From the NCBI RefSeq assembly GCF_009834535.1, contig NC_045696.1, positions 120,592,001 to 120,656,000 of the forward strand: 64,000 bases of DNA. The letters are read 5' to 3'. The DNA comes from Camelus ferus (lineage: Eukaryota). The position numbers and the translations under genes were made by a program. This document shows positions 27,755-42,725 of the stretch, one piece after another; within the stretch, counting starts at the first letter, position 1, and each line of letters starts with the position of its first letter. Under the pieces are notes generated by a model, which was not told where the DNA came from, made no database searches, and saw nothing but the letters and a program-made list of their open reading frames with translations.

Positions 27755-27884
27755 GAGGAGGGGATAGCTCAGTGGTAGAGTGCCTGCCTAGCATGCACAA
27801 GGTCCTGGGTTCAATCCCCAGTATCTCCACTTAAAAAAATAAGTAAATAAATAAACCTAGTTACCTCCTCCCAAATAAACAAAT
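27755..27884 (+). mobile_element. Vic-1-type SINE (long form) with perfect 13-bp TSD
   Basis: A box TAGCTCAGTGG, B box GGTTCAATCCC, tail aataaacctagttacctcc; TSD aaatattcaaaag at 27742-27754 and 27885-27897. Confidence 0.92.
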
Positions 27885-28039
27885 AAATATTCAAAAGAAG
27901 ACCTGAATAATTTTAGTAAAACTACATAATAGAATACTTCTATCCATTAAACTATGGTTTCAAAGGATTTTTAATGACATGAGAAAATGCTTACAATATA
28001 CGTATGTTACTAGAAAAAGGTTTAAAAGTAATAAGACTA

Positions 28040-28265
28040 AGAAGTAATATATTCCATACATAGAACTTACATGCCAGGCACTATCATCTGTTAATTCATT
28101 TTACCTTCACAATAACCAGTGAGTTAGGTATTATTATTATTCCGATTTCACAGACAGCTAAGGCATAGAGAAGATTAAATGATTTCCTCTAGAACCAAGC
28201 CAGCAGGTGACAGACCCAGAACCTGAACCCACCAGTCTGGAGCCAAGAGTGCCTGCTCTTAACCA
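28040..28265 (-). mobile_element. MIR
   Basis: catgccaggcact...cacaataaccagtgagttaggtattattatt...ctaaggcatagagaagattaaatga...tgaacccaccagtctgg. Confidence 0.75.
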
Positions 28266-29931
28266 GTGCCCGCAAGGCCCCCAGCACAGACGGCAGATGG
28301 GAGGACGGGACAGGAAGAGCAGGAAGGGGGGACCCACGGGAAGAAAACCCGAACATTAGCAGAGGCTGTACCCAGGCTGGAGGCCTGGAGGGGATTTGTC
28401 TCCTTCCTGGTTTCCAAATTTTCCAAATTTTCTACAGCAAGTATGTATTACTTTTATAAACAGACAAAAAAATCAATGAAAATTATTTTAAAATGAAAAA
28501 AGAAGGCCATGTTTCAAAATACATATGAACTGACCAATAGATGGAGGAAGTTCCAAGAGCCACCTTTGCAAAAGAAATAAAAATCAGATTATTGAAACAA
28601 GAGCCCAAGAAAGACAGAAAGATGTGAGAAACAAAGCATACTGTATTTAGGAACCAAGTTAGATGGAGTCTGGGATGGAAGGCTGAGATGAATCAATAAC
28701 CTGATGCAAAAATAAAAAGCAAACCAAAGATGTCTGAAAAGAGGAGGTACAGTAATCTCCAGTTATAACAAAGCGAGAACAGCAGAAATTTCAAAGCTTC
28801 TCAGAAGTAGAAAAGTACTCTTTTCTCCAAAACATTATGTGATAGTATTTGCAGAACTAGGAACACTGTTGCCATAAGTTTCTTTTCTTTTTTTATTTTT
28901 ATAAGAAAGCATCCAACAGCAAACCTTTCAGCAGTTAACTTCCCAGATTATTGGGAACCAAAAGTTAAACCCTACAGCCTTCTGCTACTACACAAGAAAG
29001 TCTGGATACCCGTGAAGCTTCCTAATGTGTAGCACAGTTTTTTGAGTTACAGACAAGCTATACAATCATGTACAAAATGACATAGGAGGGTTCCTGGGTA
29101 ACTGTAATAATACAGCTTTAGCACAGAGTATTTCATAAATGACTCAACCTAAATTTGAAAAAGTCAGTACAATCAGGTGGAAAGGAATCAGTTATTACTC
29201 CAAAGAGAAAAAGATTAAATCCTATGTCAAACATGACTATTCAAAATAAAGTCCATTTCTTTCTGTGAATCTAAATGTAACAGGACTTATGCAGATAAAA
29301 TACAAGATCTCTCTCTTCTTTAGATAAATCTGAAAATGAGGAACAGCACCATTTTTAAAAAAGTGGGGGAAAAGCTGATTAATTTTTAAGATTTTCAGTT
29401 TATACAAAGTAAAGTCTGTAAGCTTTACTTCTTTCTAATTAGACTGATTTTCAATCATAGTTATACTTTATTTTCTGATTGTAAAAGTGGTATGTTTACT
29501 ATAAAATTTGACAAATATGGAAAATATTAAAGAAACAATCACTAGCTCCAGAGATAATCACTCTTCACATCTTAGTATATTTAACCTTTTTAATAAATAT
29601 ATGATTTGTTACTGTTACCTTTACACACTGAGTAAACTTACAACCCACTTCAGTTACTTCAATAATATTTCAAGGTACTCTCCCAGGTCATTAAATACTC
29701 TTTTAAAACATACTTTTTAATGACCACATGGTACCCGCTTCATACGGACGCATGTTTTATTAACCAGCCCCTTGATCAGCTAAGATACTTCCATCATCCA
29801 AAAGCAGCACGAAGATAGACAGAAATACCAGGAACTCATTTCATTAATGAAATCTGGTAGTACTGTCACCTTTCAGATTGCCTGGAAGTATCTGTTTGAG
29901 AAGATAATTCATAATCTTAAAGAGAAATTTA

Positions 29932-30261
<330 letters not shown>

Positions 30262-31728
30262 TTACAGAAGACACATGGGAAGTCTACAATCACTAAGTTT
30301 TTCCACTACTCAAAGCTCTGAAGGACAGTCAGGAAATTGAAATACAGACTGAAAAACATTCTAGTAAGCAGATGCCACAAGCGTAGTTACTCTCTCCCTG
30401 GTTAAGAGCTCTATTTACGAAGTTCAAAGAAAAACTATGGGGAAGCACCAAGAGGGAGATGATACTGCCCCAGTAAGAGCAACTTAGACCAGGACTTGAA
30501 AACACTGGACTGGATCAGGATATAATCTGATGGTATAGGGCAGTCCTTTTAGAACGCGCTTTTAAAGGCTGGTTAATTACATTTTAGAAAGCCAGGAAAC
30601 ACACTGCAAGTCCTGTCAAGGCTGTCCATGACCTGGCCACTGCCTTCTTCTCTGACCTTACTGCCTACCCACTCCCCCCTTTCCCTTTGTTTATGGACTA
30701 AGTTGTCTGTCTTTCCCTTACTAAAGCATAAGCTCAAGAGCAGGGACCTCCTCTGTCCTGTTTACCACTGTATCTCTAGTGCTTACAGCAGGACATAATT
30801 GCTTGATGCGAAGCTTGTCTTTAATAATTATCTGTTGACTAACTGAGGGCAGACACCACGCCTGGTGCAGCCACTGCCAAGGGAAAAGGTGGTCTGATAG
30901 GAAAAACTCTACCTTCACATTAAGAAAAACTTCATATTAATGCCCCAAAAGTTTTAATGCCCAACTTCACTATTTAAAAAGGTCTAATTAGTTACAGAAA
31001 GTAAGACAGCACCATTTTCTAAGTAATTCCATGAAAAAAAGCAAGGATTTCCTTTCTGATACATCCTTCTCTAAGTCTAAAATTATTCCACTGTCTTCAA
31101 CTCAAGATAATATCTACTGTTATAAAATGATCCATTAGAACAAGTTACCAGACACCACAGTTGTCTATAGCATAAAAATCTGAAAACTAGATTTCTCTAG
31201 TTTTTCTGAAGTAGAAACATCTTAGAATAGATCTAGGTATATTATTTTACTTCTAAATCTCTTACACAATAAACATTAACTAAAAGCCTGTTGAAAGCTG
31301 TGTGGACGTAAAGTCACTTGAGGCCGGGACTGTGACCTCAGAGTTTACCACCATATCTGCTCCTTTACAGTAAAAGGTGTGAGTTTTGATTTAAAAAAAT
31401 CATAGACAGTATGAAATAAAACAGTTGATGATGGAGGATACTCAGAATATACTCACATAAAGAGAAAGGGTTCAATTCTTTAGTATGATGTTTCCAATTT
31501 TTTTTTCTTTTATAAGAATTAGATAATTTGGCTAGTTTTGCTGTTGATACAAATCAATCCTGGCTGAAAAACTGAGCTTAGAATCTGTGGCAACAAGTTG
31601 ATCGTTCCCTGGCTAGACAGCAGTGTATGAGAACAGAGCACAGTCAGACAACAGAATCCCTCCCACTGTGTGTCTGGTACTCTGTCACTGCACATCAAAA
31701 CTATAAATGACAGCGTGCTACAAGTTCA

Positions 31729-31968
<240 letters not shown>

Positions 31969-32149
31969 TTATAACTTTTCTTTCCTAAGTATTTATACAC
32001 AATCACCAAAAACTAAAGAAAAGTGGGACTCATCCGTTTAGCACTTAACCTAATCAGACTTCTAGTGACTAATCTCATAATCCACAACTATCCCCAAACT
32101 ACCAGTTTTAAGAATAAAACATAAGCTTCTTTTAAAAATATAGAAAAGT

Positions 32150-32405
32150 ACAAGGTAACTATAGTTAACATTGCTGTATGGTACGCATCAGAGTTGTTAG
32201 AGTAAATCCTAAGAGGTCTCACCACAAGGGAAAACATTTTTTTTCTTTTTTCTTTGTTTTTTCATTATATCTATACGAAATGACAGATGCTAACTACTTA
32301 CCTTGATAATCCCTTCACGGTATACGTAAGTCAAACCTTATTCTCTACATCTTAAAATTACACAGTGATGTGTGTCAATTATACCTCAATAACACTGGAA
32401 AAAAT
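32150..32405 (+). mobile_element. L1 3'-terminal fragment (L1MA/MB type)
   Basis: ggtaactatagttaac...gagtaaatcctaagaggtctcaccacaagg...tgtcaattatacctcaataacactggaaaaaa. Confidence 0.75.
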
Positions 32406-33584
32406 ACAAAAATAACACAAAGCATAGCACTCAAATCTACTGAGGCAAAAAACGCCTAATCTTTTCAACAGTAGAGACCTAACCTTTAAACAGTACCTAA
32501 CAGGTGAGAAACAGGCAAGCAGGCTAGCAGAGAAACAGTTTCACATTAAAATAACAGATCGAGCTGGGTTTTGGAATCACACAGGCCCTGGCTCAAGTCC
32601 TAACCATGACACTCACGAGCTGGCTGCCTAGCCCACCCGTGTCTCGGTTTCCTCCCACAAACCACCTCAGAGAGCCACTACCAAAGTGAATCAGCCATTT
32701 CTAGACGGCTCTACAAGGGACACTGAAGTTCTGAATGAACAAAAGTGAGACCGCTTGCCACAGTCCCGCGGGGGTCTGGCTTTCCTCCTTCCTCTCTGAT
32801 CATCTGTCGAGACTACCTCATACTCCTCGCCGCTGTGAAAATACCGACTTGGCGATTTTTGCCGTCACACTTGCTGTGAATTACATCTGCTCTTTGCTTA
32901 CACTTTCCTCTTCCTCCCATTTTCATTTATTCCTGCAACTCCATCCTCCTACTGCCGTGCTTCTTAACGTAGGACTACACCAGCCAGAGACGGCCCTCCT
33001 CCTCCTCAGCAGTGAAGGGCACTGAATGTAAACCACCTTATTTCACTGACTCTAAGACTCACTTTTTCTCAACTCTGAAACTCACAGTGTGCATCTCACA
33101 GTAGCTGAGATTTCTGAGTCTATCAAATGCAGTGATTCCTTTCACCTTGGAGCCCTGAGCCCAGCCCTGCCAGGTTCAACACTGTTCTGAATAGGGCAAA
33201 AATTTACCTCTCAGTAGGCAAGATACTGATACTCTGTAATGCCTGCTCACCCTACAGACAGGAGAATTCTGGACCATGCTGACAGTTCTAGGTGAACAGC
33301 CCACTGTAATGAACACATCTTTATTAGGAAAAGTCTCCTACGTTCCTGGGCACCTCTCAAGTCTGAGTAATCTACGCTTATTTCCACATTTAAGTATATA
33401 AACCACAACACACTTGTCACTTCATGCAAGATACAAGTCTATGCCAGCATCTTTGAGTTAAAAATACTATAAAAGAAATTTTTAATTGATTTTAAACTTT
33501 TATAATTACTGACATGTGTGGTTTAATTACATTTAACCATACAAGTTCAAACAGACTTCTGACTCTACTTAAAAAGGCAGCTTT

Positions 33585-33780
33585 AAGCAACAAGGTCCTA
33601 CTGTACAAGGAACTATATTCACTACCTTGTTATAAACTATAAAGGAATGGAATATGAAAAAGAACATATACATGTATAGCTGAATCACTATGCTGTACAC
33701 TAGACACTAACACAACATTGTAAGTCAACTATACTTTAATTTCAAAAAGATTGCATTATATTGGAATAAAAAAAAGTTTT
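33585..33780 (+). mobile_element. L1 3'-terminal fragment with probable TSD
   Basis: aacaaggtcctactgtacaaggaactatattc...aatcactatgctgtacac...aacacaacattgtaagtcaactatact; flanks aaaaaggcagcttta / aaaacagcagcttta. Confidence 0.8.
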
Positions 33781-34398
33781 TTTTAAAACAGCAGCTTTAT
33801 TATGCACTCAACCATGATAAAGGGACACTGCAAGGTCCCAGCACTGACCCTGGGTTACCAGGGACTCTTTATCAAGATCCAGCAGACCAAATAAAAGCAG
33901 GGTTGCTTCAAAATCAAGGTCTAGACCAGCAGCTCCAAGAACTGAGAAAAATTATCCCAGATACACTTTGGTTGTGTTATTTAGCCTCTTCCATTCCCAA
34001 TTTCCTCACCTGTAAAACAAAGGTACTATAATATCTGCTGCTCAAGGTTGTTGCAAGTGTCAATTGTAAGAGACACAGATTTTAAAACTTAAAATCTAAA
34101 ACCTACTTCAGAATCTACATAAGTTTTGTAGCTAACCCTTGCAACCCTGAGCAGTAGATGCCTTACACCCAGCAGATCTTTCAATAAACAGCAGCTATAA
34201 TTTTTATGCTGTGACTATTGGTAATTGAATGTAAATGTGTTAACAGCGCACCTATGTATCAGAGCCTTACCTGCTTAACACAACTGAGAAAAGACTAAGA
34301 TGCACTGGGCCAAAAGCAGGTCATAACAGTCTAAAGAATACAGTTTATTTTTAAGAATTATGACTTTTCTTTTTACTTAATTTTATCCAGTTCAATTA

Positions 34399-34585
34399 CA
34401 GCTGACCCTTGAACAGCACTGGGATCTTTTTCAATAGTAAATACCACAGTATCACACAATCCATGGCTGGTTGAATCCAGAGACGTGGAACCACGAATAC
34501 AGAGGGTCAACTATGAATTATGTGGGGATTTTCGAATGCTTGGAGGGTCAGCGCCCCAACCCTGGCACTGTTCAAGGGTCAGCTG
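34399..34585. mobile_element. Tigger2-like MITE with perfect 18-bp terminal inverted repeats
   Basis: cagctgacccttgaacag (34399-34416) ... ctgttcaagggtcagctg (34568-34585); TA on the left, TG on the right (decayed TA TSD). Confidence 0.88.
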
Positions 34586-35617
34586 TGTCTCTATTTGCCA
34601 AATGAACTGTAAATACACTTTGTTACAACTGATAAACCTGGATATGTCTTGAAAGAAACTCTGAATTTTCTAAGCTTGAAATTTACACCTATACAATTAT
34701 GGAAACCATAAATAAATAAGCAGATGGATAAATACATGTACTTAAAAAAAAAAAAAACACCACCAATCACTCTGTGCATGTGCCTAGCCATAAAGGCAGA
34801 GTTCAAAGACCATTTTTCACGTTCCACTAAAATAATGACAAGCAAATCATAAAATAATGAACTAAGCATCTTTCAAAAAAGTGACAATTTCATCACCACA
34901 CATATGTTGTGTACTACTTACAAAGACGTCAAAACAGAATGCCTGATTTCCATCAGATTACATTTTAGAAATAAACTGAGGAATTATGCAAATGTTTCAG
35001 TGATATTTTCCATGCAGAAACTAGCATTTGGAATTAATTTGGGGAGCTAAACACATGAATCTGTCATCACCTGGTTTTATGAGAATTACAAATAAAACAG
35101 GTAGGTGTGTTTATAACACACCCACCACATCACAAAGAAGCCACACATCCTAAGCATTATAGTAACTGAAAGGACCTTAAAATTCAGTCACTTAGAGGCT
35201 AAATTCTTTCGACAGCAAATTACCCAACAAAATTAACCTCTTTCAACAGCAATAGACTGTTATAGCCTAATAGTCAAATGATTCTATTTGTTCAGAGAAA
35301 CTCTATAAACTCTGTAAAGGCCTCAAGACACTAGATCAGAAGTACGTACTTGTAAACATTAGTCTTACTCCAAATTAAATATAAAATTCCCAGTAAAATC
35401 AAAAGATTCTGTATTATATACTTTCTACTTAGTAATTCTGATCACAAAAAAAACTTGCTTTTCAATACAAAGCTTGAGTCCCAAGAGCAGGTTAGCTGTA
35501 AATAGTATTGAAATGTACACAGACATTTTCAGTACCAAAGTTCACTCTCGGAATTTTCAAAGTTATCAGGGAAACAAGAAGTATTATGGTCACTACCATC
35601 AGTGATCCTAGTGGTTA

Positions 35618-36223
<606 letters not shown>

Positions 36224-37130
36224 CTACACCAAGGAGGGAAACAGTAAAAACTTGATTTGAGAACAGGAAATTAAACCAGATGAAAGCTACAAGGGCAACT
36301 TACACATGACTTAAAGGATTTCTGAGGCAATTCTGAACCTTTTCGATCTTCTCCTTTCAAGCTATGTCCAGACCCTGACTGCAGAGTGACAGGTGACTCT
36401 GCTATTGTCCTAGAAGGCAGCAGGAAGCCACATACTTGTGTACTCAGATGGCCCAGACACGAAGAAGAGAATAAAGCCTTAAAATCAGTCAAATTCACTC
36501 CTGTCACAGTTAAGAAAAAGTGGGCCCAAATTCATACAGTTCCTTAGCCAGCACACCATGACAAGTGAGTGCCACACCCGGACAGCCAGGTGTGCCAACT
36601 CCTAATCCATGTCCCCTTCACTGAGCCTGAGCTAAAAGGGCATCCTCAGAAGCATCTTACTTTTTAACATTTGCCACTGGTAAGAGGAATCAAAATGCAC
36701 GTTTCCCTACCTTACTAAAGAATATTCTAAATATAACATACCCTTCCCATGACTCAGCGTCCTCCTCAGAAGCATCAGTTACTATACTGTCTGACTTTAA
36801 AAAGGTTCCCCTTAACAGTGATGTGGGGATATGGGACCTCCCACACACCTCTGCACATCTGTTCTGCTTTACTAACTTGTGATTCTAAGTTTCCCCTTCC
36901 AGGCTGCCCTTGGGGTCAAGGGACGTACACAGAGCTGGCTGCCTCTGCAGGAAACGCCCTTCACTGCTGTATTACATTCAAGTTGGTGCCTCCTGTCTCC
37001 TCGTTTTAGATACACATCCTCTTCATGTCTCACTAGCAAGCTCCACCCTGGACAACCTCTCTAACCCCCAGGCATCTCCTGACCTCCCTCCAAATCTGTC
37101 CAAAGCAGACCTAACGATTATAATGGGAAG

Positions 37131-37150
37131 GGGTGTGTGTGGGTGTAGGG

Positions 37151-37176
<26 letters not shown>
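37131..37176. repeat. (GT)n microsatellite
   Basis: 13 perfect GT units at 37151-37176 with a degenerate 5' extension. Confidence 0.95.
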
Positions 37177-37181
<5 letters not shown>

Positions 37182-37301
37182 TAAGTCAAATGAGCTCTAT
37201 GCCTAAGAAGGGGGAAAAATTGTACATTTCTGCCCAATAAAGTAAAAACAACAGGCTGTCTATATCAGCCTATGGGGCTTTATTGCTTTGTCCCAAATTC
37301 A

Positions 37302-37544
<243 letters not shown>

Positions 37545-37919
37545 TTAAAAATGACACGCAAGATATCATTAATACAAATGAAGAACTGAGAATTCATAAA
37601 ACTCAAAATGCAAAACTCAAAGTAAACTGAATTAAAATGTTTAATGCAACACACAACTACAATCAGGCAAGATGGGAAAAATGTCTGCTGCCTAATCACC
37701 AACCTCTGAAAGCACAGAGTCAAAAAAGGCCTATTCAATTTTTCTCCTCCTTAAAAAAACTTAAATAAAATTACCTCCTAGTTCTATAATTTAAAATGAA
37801 TATATTCCATATTATGTTGTATATACACATACATATTTAGAGATACAAAAATTAAAACCCATAAGAAATATAGTGATTTCTTTTAAGTATGGATTTATAG
37901 ACATTAAGTCCATAAGAAC

Positions 37920-38670
37920 TACTGAGCAGTCATATCTGCCAACTTGTTTATTCACCATTAAACAGTAAGTTACTAGGTGGGTGCATTACACACTAGACTC
38001 TAGCAGAGCATAAACAGATAAAATCCCTGCCTCATGAAGCTTACATTCTAGAAAGAGATAAATAAAGGACACTGGTGAACAAACACGACTGTAAAATGAG
38101 AAGAGCTAAGAAGTGTGGCTTTAAGTTCAGGGAGGGAAGGAGACAACCTTCCTTTTGCACTGACACAATCTCCAAGCAAGGAAAAAATAAAGTACCTACA
38201 TTCCCCAAGGGCAGAGCATTTCACTGAATCACAAATGACAAAACTCTAACAAGTTGCAAAGGGCTCCGTGAACAACCTGAGCTCATGGCCTCTGCATCTG
38301 CTGGTCCCTCTGCCTGGAGTGCTGTCCCCCCCCCACCAAGTATCCTCACAGCGGACACCCCACCTCCTTTCATCTTTAATCAAATGGCAGCTCAGCAATA
38401 AGGCATTTCTCAACAGCCCAGGTTAAAATTACAAGCCCCACCACCCAACCCTTGCTGCCTAGCACACTCCCCCGCTTTCCTGGCCGTTTTTCCCCACAGC
38501 ACCAAATGCATAGGATATATTGTATGCATTTATTTCTTTATTGTCCATACACCACTAGAATGCAAACTCCATAAAGAAGAGATTTTTGTCCATTTTGTTC
38601 ACTGAAGAATCTCCAGTAACTCAGTTCCTGACACATAAACATTCAATAAATTTCTTAAATTAATTTCTAC
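37920..38670. mobile_element. LINE-2 fragments
   Basis: atccctgcctcatgaagcttacattctag; gctggtccctctgcctggagtgct...cactagaatgcaaactccataa...acattcaataaattt. Confidence 0.65.
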
Positions 38671-38719
38671 CCATACAGTGCCAAGTTTTAGAATAAAAAC
38701 TAAAAACGGCTATTAAGAA

Positions 38720-41220
38720 CACCATAAGCAAGTAAAAATAGAAGAACTGAACAATACCATAAACCAGATCTAACAGACATCAAAGGACCTCTTCACTCAA
38801 CAACGGAACACAAAGTTCTCCTCAAGCACACGTAGAAACTCTCCAGGTGAAACCATACGCTAGGCCGTAAAACAAGCTTCCATGAGTTTAAAAGGACTAA
38901 AAATCATACAAATTATGTCCTTCAAATCACAGTGGAATGAAACAAATCAGTAACAGAAGAAAATGTGAAAAACTTGCAAATATGTAGAAGTTAAAAACAC
39001 TCATAAACAACCAATGATCAAAGGGAAATTAGAAAAGACTTTGAGATAAATGAAAATAAAAGCAACACACAAAAATGTGTGGGATGCAACTAAAGCAGTA
39101 TTTAGAGGAAATGTTTAACTATGAACACATTCTTTCTTTTTTAATATAAAAAACAAGAGCTCAAAACAGTAACTGAGAAATAAGAAAAGTAAACTAAAAC
39201 CAAAGCAAAAAGAAGGAAGGGAATGACAGAGATTGGGTGAAAATTTTATGATAGAGAATAAAACAACACAACAGAGAACATCAACAAAACCAAAAGTTGT
39301 TTCTTTGAAAAGCTCAACAAAACTCACAAACTTTTACTAAGAGATGACTCAGACTACTAAAACAGGTATGAAAAAAGGAACATCACTATCAACTTCACAG
39401 AAATGAAAAGAATTATACAGGAATATAGTAAACAATTGTATGCCAAAAAATTAAATGAACTAAATGAAATGGGCAAATTCCTAGAAAGATACAGATTACC
39501 AAAGCTGACTTAAAAAGAAATGGAAAATCTGAACAGACCTTATATAAAGACATTGAATTAGTAATGAAAAACTTTCACAAAGAAAAGCCTAAACCAAGAT
39601 GAATTGTCAATTCAGGTGAATTCTGTCGAACATTAAAATAATTAACACCCATTCTTGACAAATTCTCCCAAAAAACAGGACTGGAGGGAACACTTTCTAA
39701 ATTATTCTACAAGGCCAATATTACCCTGATAACAAACTAGACAAAGACATCACAAGCAGACTATAGACCAGTATTGCTGATGAATACAGATAAAAATCTT
39801 CCCAAAAATATTAGCAAACTGAGAGCAGGAATTAGAGTCCATACCAATAACCGGTAAATAAATGTGGGGAAATAGGGAGCACCTCAGTACAAGAGAATGC
39901 TGCGGGCCCCCTGGTGAACATGGAGGAAGTGTTGATGGTGGGAAAGCATCACTTTGCAACCGTCACAGTAAACACTGGATCAGACGAGAATTACCAACAG
40001 ATGCCAGATCAAAGGGGAAACTGAGGACTGGCAGGATATTTGTATGGTCTTAAAGTTTCTTCCCACAGGATGCTTATTGTGGCAAGGGATTAAAAACACA
40101 AAAAGTAACTATAGAGGGGAGAAACTGGGCAAGATCTTGACCCAGTGATCAAAGTTAACATCAGCCGGGGGAGGGTATATCAGTGGTAGAGGGAGTTAAG
40201 TGCTCAGCATGCAAGAGGTCCTGTGTGCAATCCCCGGTCCCTCCGTTAAACACATCAATAAACCGACCAAACTACCTCCCGACTCCAAAATAAATAAATA
40301 AATAAATAACATCACCAATAGACACCATTTGCCTCCAGATAGCTGTGCAGGATCCCTATTGAGAATTAACAAGCTGAATCTAATTACAAGGAAACAGCAG
40401 ATACACCCAAAATGAGGACCCTTCTACTGAAAAACAAAGAGGTGAGGCTGAGCAAGGGAGAGCGCACACATGCACGCGCACACACATACACACAATGCAG
40501 GTTAAGAGCTGGTGAAAACTGAACAAGGTCTATAGTCTAACAGTAATACACCAACGTCAACTCCTGATTCTGAATGCCACTACTGTCATGTAAGACGTCA
40601 CTACTGGGGGAAGCTGGGTGAAGGGTTCTTCACTATTTTTGCAACTTACTGGAATTCTATTATTTTCCATAAAAAGTACAAAAATAATTTTTAAAAATTT
40701 AAGGGGAGAAGTATTCTCCAAAAAGTGTCAATGTCATAACAAAGAAAGGCTGTGGAAATGCTCAGAGGCAGCTAAAGAGACACGACTACTAAAAGCAATA
40801 CCTGACCCTAGACTGGGTCCTGTCCTGGAGCCGGTAAAATGCTAAAAAGGACATTACTGGGTCAAATACAAAATTAGAATAAAAAGTGTAAACTACTGTA
40901 TCAATGTTACATTCGCTGCAGTTATAACAGTAACATACAGTGACCTAAGTATTATGTAAGAGACCAACCCGGATCTTAAGAAACACAGACTAAAGTATTT
41001 AGGGCAAAGGGCCATTGAGGTATATAACTTACTGAGGAAAAAATCGGGAGGGGGGATGGAGTGTGGGGCAGGAGTATAAGTGATAAAGAAATTGGAACAA
41101 AATGTTAACAACAGGTGAATTTGGGTAAAGGACTTATGGGTGTTCAACATACTCTTTTTATTTTTTGCAGGTTTTTAAAGTTTCTAGGTTTGAAAGTATT
41201 TCTGACTACTGTAAAAAGTC
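38720..41220 (+). mobile_element. Old L1 ORF2 fragment (38720-39830) followed by ancient L1 3'UTR pieces
   Basis: gatctaacagacatc, tgggatgcaactaaagcagtatttagagga, caaattcctagaaagatacagattacc, attctacaaggccaatattaccctgata. Confidence 0.75.
40167..40306 (+). mobile_element. Vic-1-type SINE (diverged long form)
   Basis: gggggagggtata-tcagtggtagag...gcatgcaagaggtcctgtgtgcaatcccc, (AAAT)n tail, TSD-like taacatca on both sides. Confidence 0.8.
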
Positions 41221-41250
41221 AGAAAGAATGACTATTTACAACAAAATGGA

Positions 41251-41633
41251 GACTATGGACTGAACTATGTCCCTCACCACCTCCCCCTACACCCCCAAAT
41301 TCACAGGCTGAAGCCCTAACGCAGTACCTTAGACGTGACTACCTGGAGAGTGCCTTTAAAGAGGTAATTAAGGTAAAACGAGGCCACAAGGGTGGGGCCC
41401 TGACCGATGATGACTGGTGTCCTCATGAGAGGAAGGACACCAGGGAAAAGTCGGCGTAAGGATATACCAAGAAGGTGGTCACCTGCAAGTCAAGGAGAGA
41501 GGCCTTGGGAAATCAACCTTGACCTTGGACTTCCAGGCTCTGAGGGAACTTTCCAGACTGAGGGACAATACATTTTTGTTTAAGCTACCTAGTGTGGAGT
41601 GTTTCATCACAGCAGCTCTAGTAAACTAACACA
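41251..41633 (+). mobile_element. MLT1A-type MaLR solo LTR
   Basis: ctatggactgaa...cccccaaattcacaggctgaagccctaac...cctttaaagaggtaattaaggtaaaacgaggcc...ttgtttaagctacc...aactaacaca. Confidence 0.85.
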
Positions 41634-42359
41634 GAGGTAAACATAGGGTTTTTTTCCTTGCACCTTTCAAAATGGTACTCCGGAGAGGTGTTACAGGATG
41701 GTACTTCCCTGTGGAACAATTCGTCCACACTGCCTTTATCAGCACTGAGTCCTTTGTCACTGGATCTCAGCTCCGTGTCACCTTCTGAGGAAGCCTTTCT
41801 CCTATGTCAAGTAGTCCCCACCAGCCCTTGTCACTCACTTCATCACAGCATTTAGCACCAACCGAAATTAACTTTCTCACTTTTTAGTCTCCCCACGACC
41901 TTAGAAAAAGCAAACTCCCAAGTGCAGATGCTCTGACCGTCTTGTTCACAGCTGCGCTCCCAGCACCTAGAGGGCACAGTGCCTTACACACAACAGAGAC
42001 TCCAGTGTCTGTCCAGTGAAGGAGGGAAAGAGCTCCAGCAAAAAGGCTCTGCCCATACGTGTGACCAGAGACAGAGCGTATATACCCGTCTCCCAAACTA
42101 GCACCAGGAACCATGGACATGCATTAAAATGCGGAAAAGTCACACTCAAAACCCAAGGACCTCAATCAAATCTTAGGAACTGTGGAGGTGGATAGATCCC
42201 ACCTACCTCTTTCAAAGAAATAAAACGGCCTGTCTTTTAGCCAGAACAACGTAAAGTTCTTTAGTCTGGAAAAACAAACACTGAGTAAGAATTTTGTTGA
42301 CGTTTACAAAACTATAATGCACAGAAAGGCATTAACCCCTAAAATTTCAAAACTATAAT

Positions 42360-42600
42360 TAACTTCCAGTTATAAAATAAATAAGTCAGGGGGATGTAAT
42401 GCACAGGATGGTAACTATAGTTGCTAAGAGAGTAGATTTCAAAAGTTTTCACCCACAAGAAAAAAAAATTTGTAACTATGTACGATGATAGATGTTAACT
42501 AGACTTGTAGTGATCATTCCACAATATATACAAATGTCAACTCATTGTGTTGTGTTGTACACCTGAATCTAGTGTTATATGTCAGTTACACCTCAATTTT
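42360..42600 (+). mobile_element. L1 3'-terminal fragment (L1MA-type)
   Basis: aacttccagttataaaataaataagtc...gctaagagagtagatttcaaaagtt...tgtacacctgaa...tatgtcagttacacctcaat. Confidence 0.8.
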
Positions 42601-42725
42601 TTTAAAAGCTATAAATGATCCCTGAAGCTAAAAAGCAATCACATTTCTAAGCCAGAGGAGTCCTATTTATAGAACAGTAACTTTAAAACATAAAATGGTT
42701 CAAGAAAAATTTAGATAAATTCACT

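Noticed and set aside
27758..27829. tRNA-Ala(AGC) gene (also the five similar copies)
   Set aside because: A-rich tails, TSDs, stem mismatches and multiple diverged copies identify them as SINEs.
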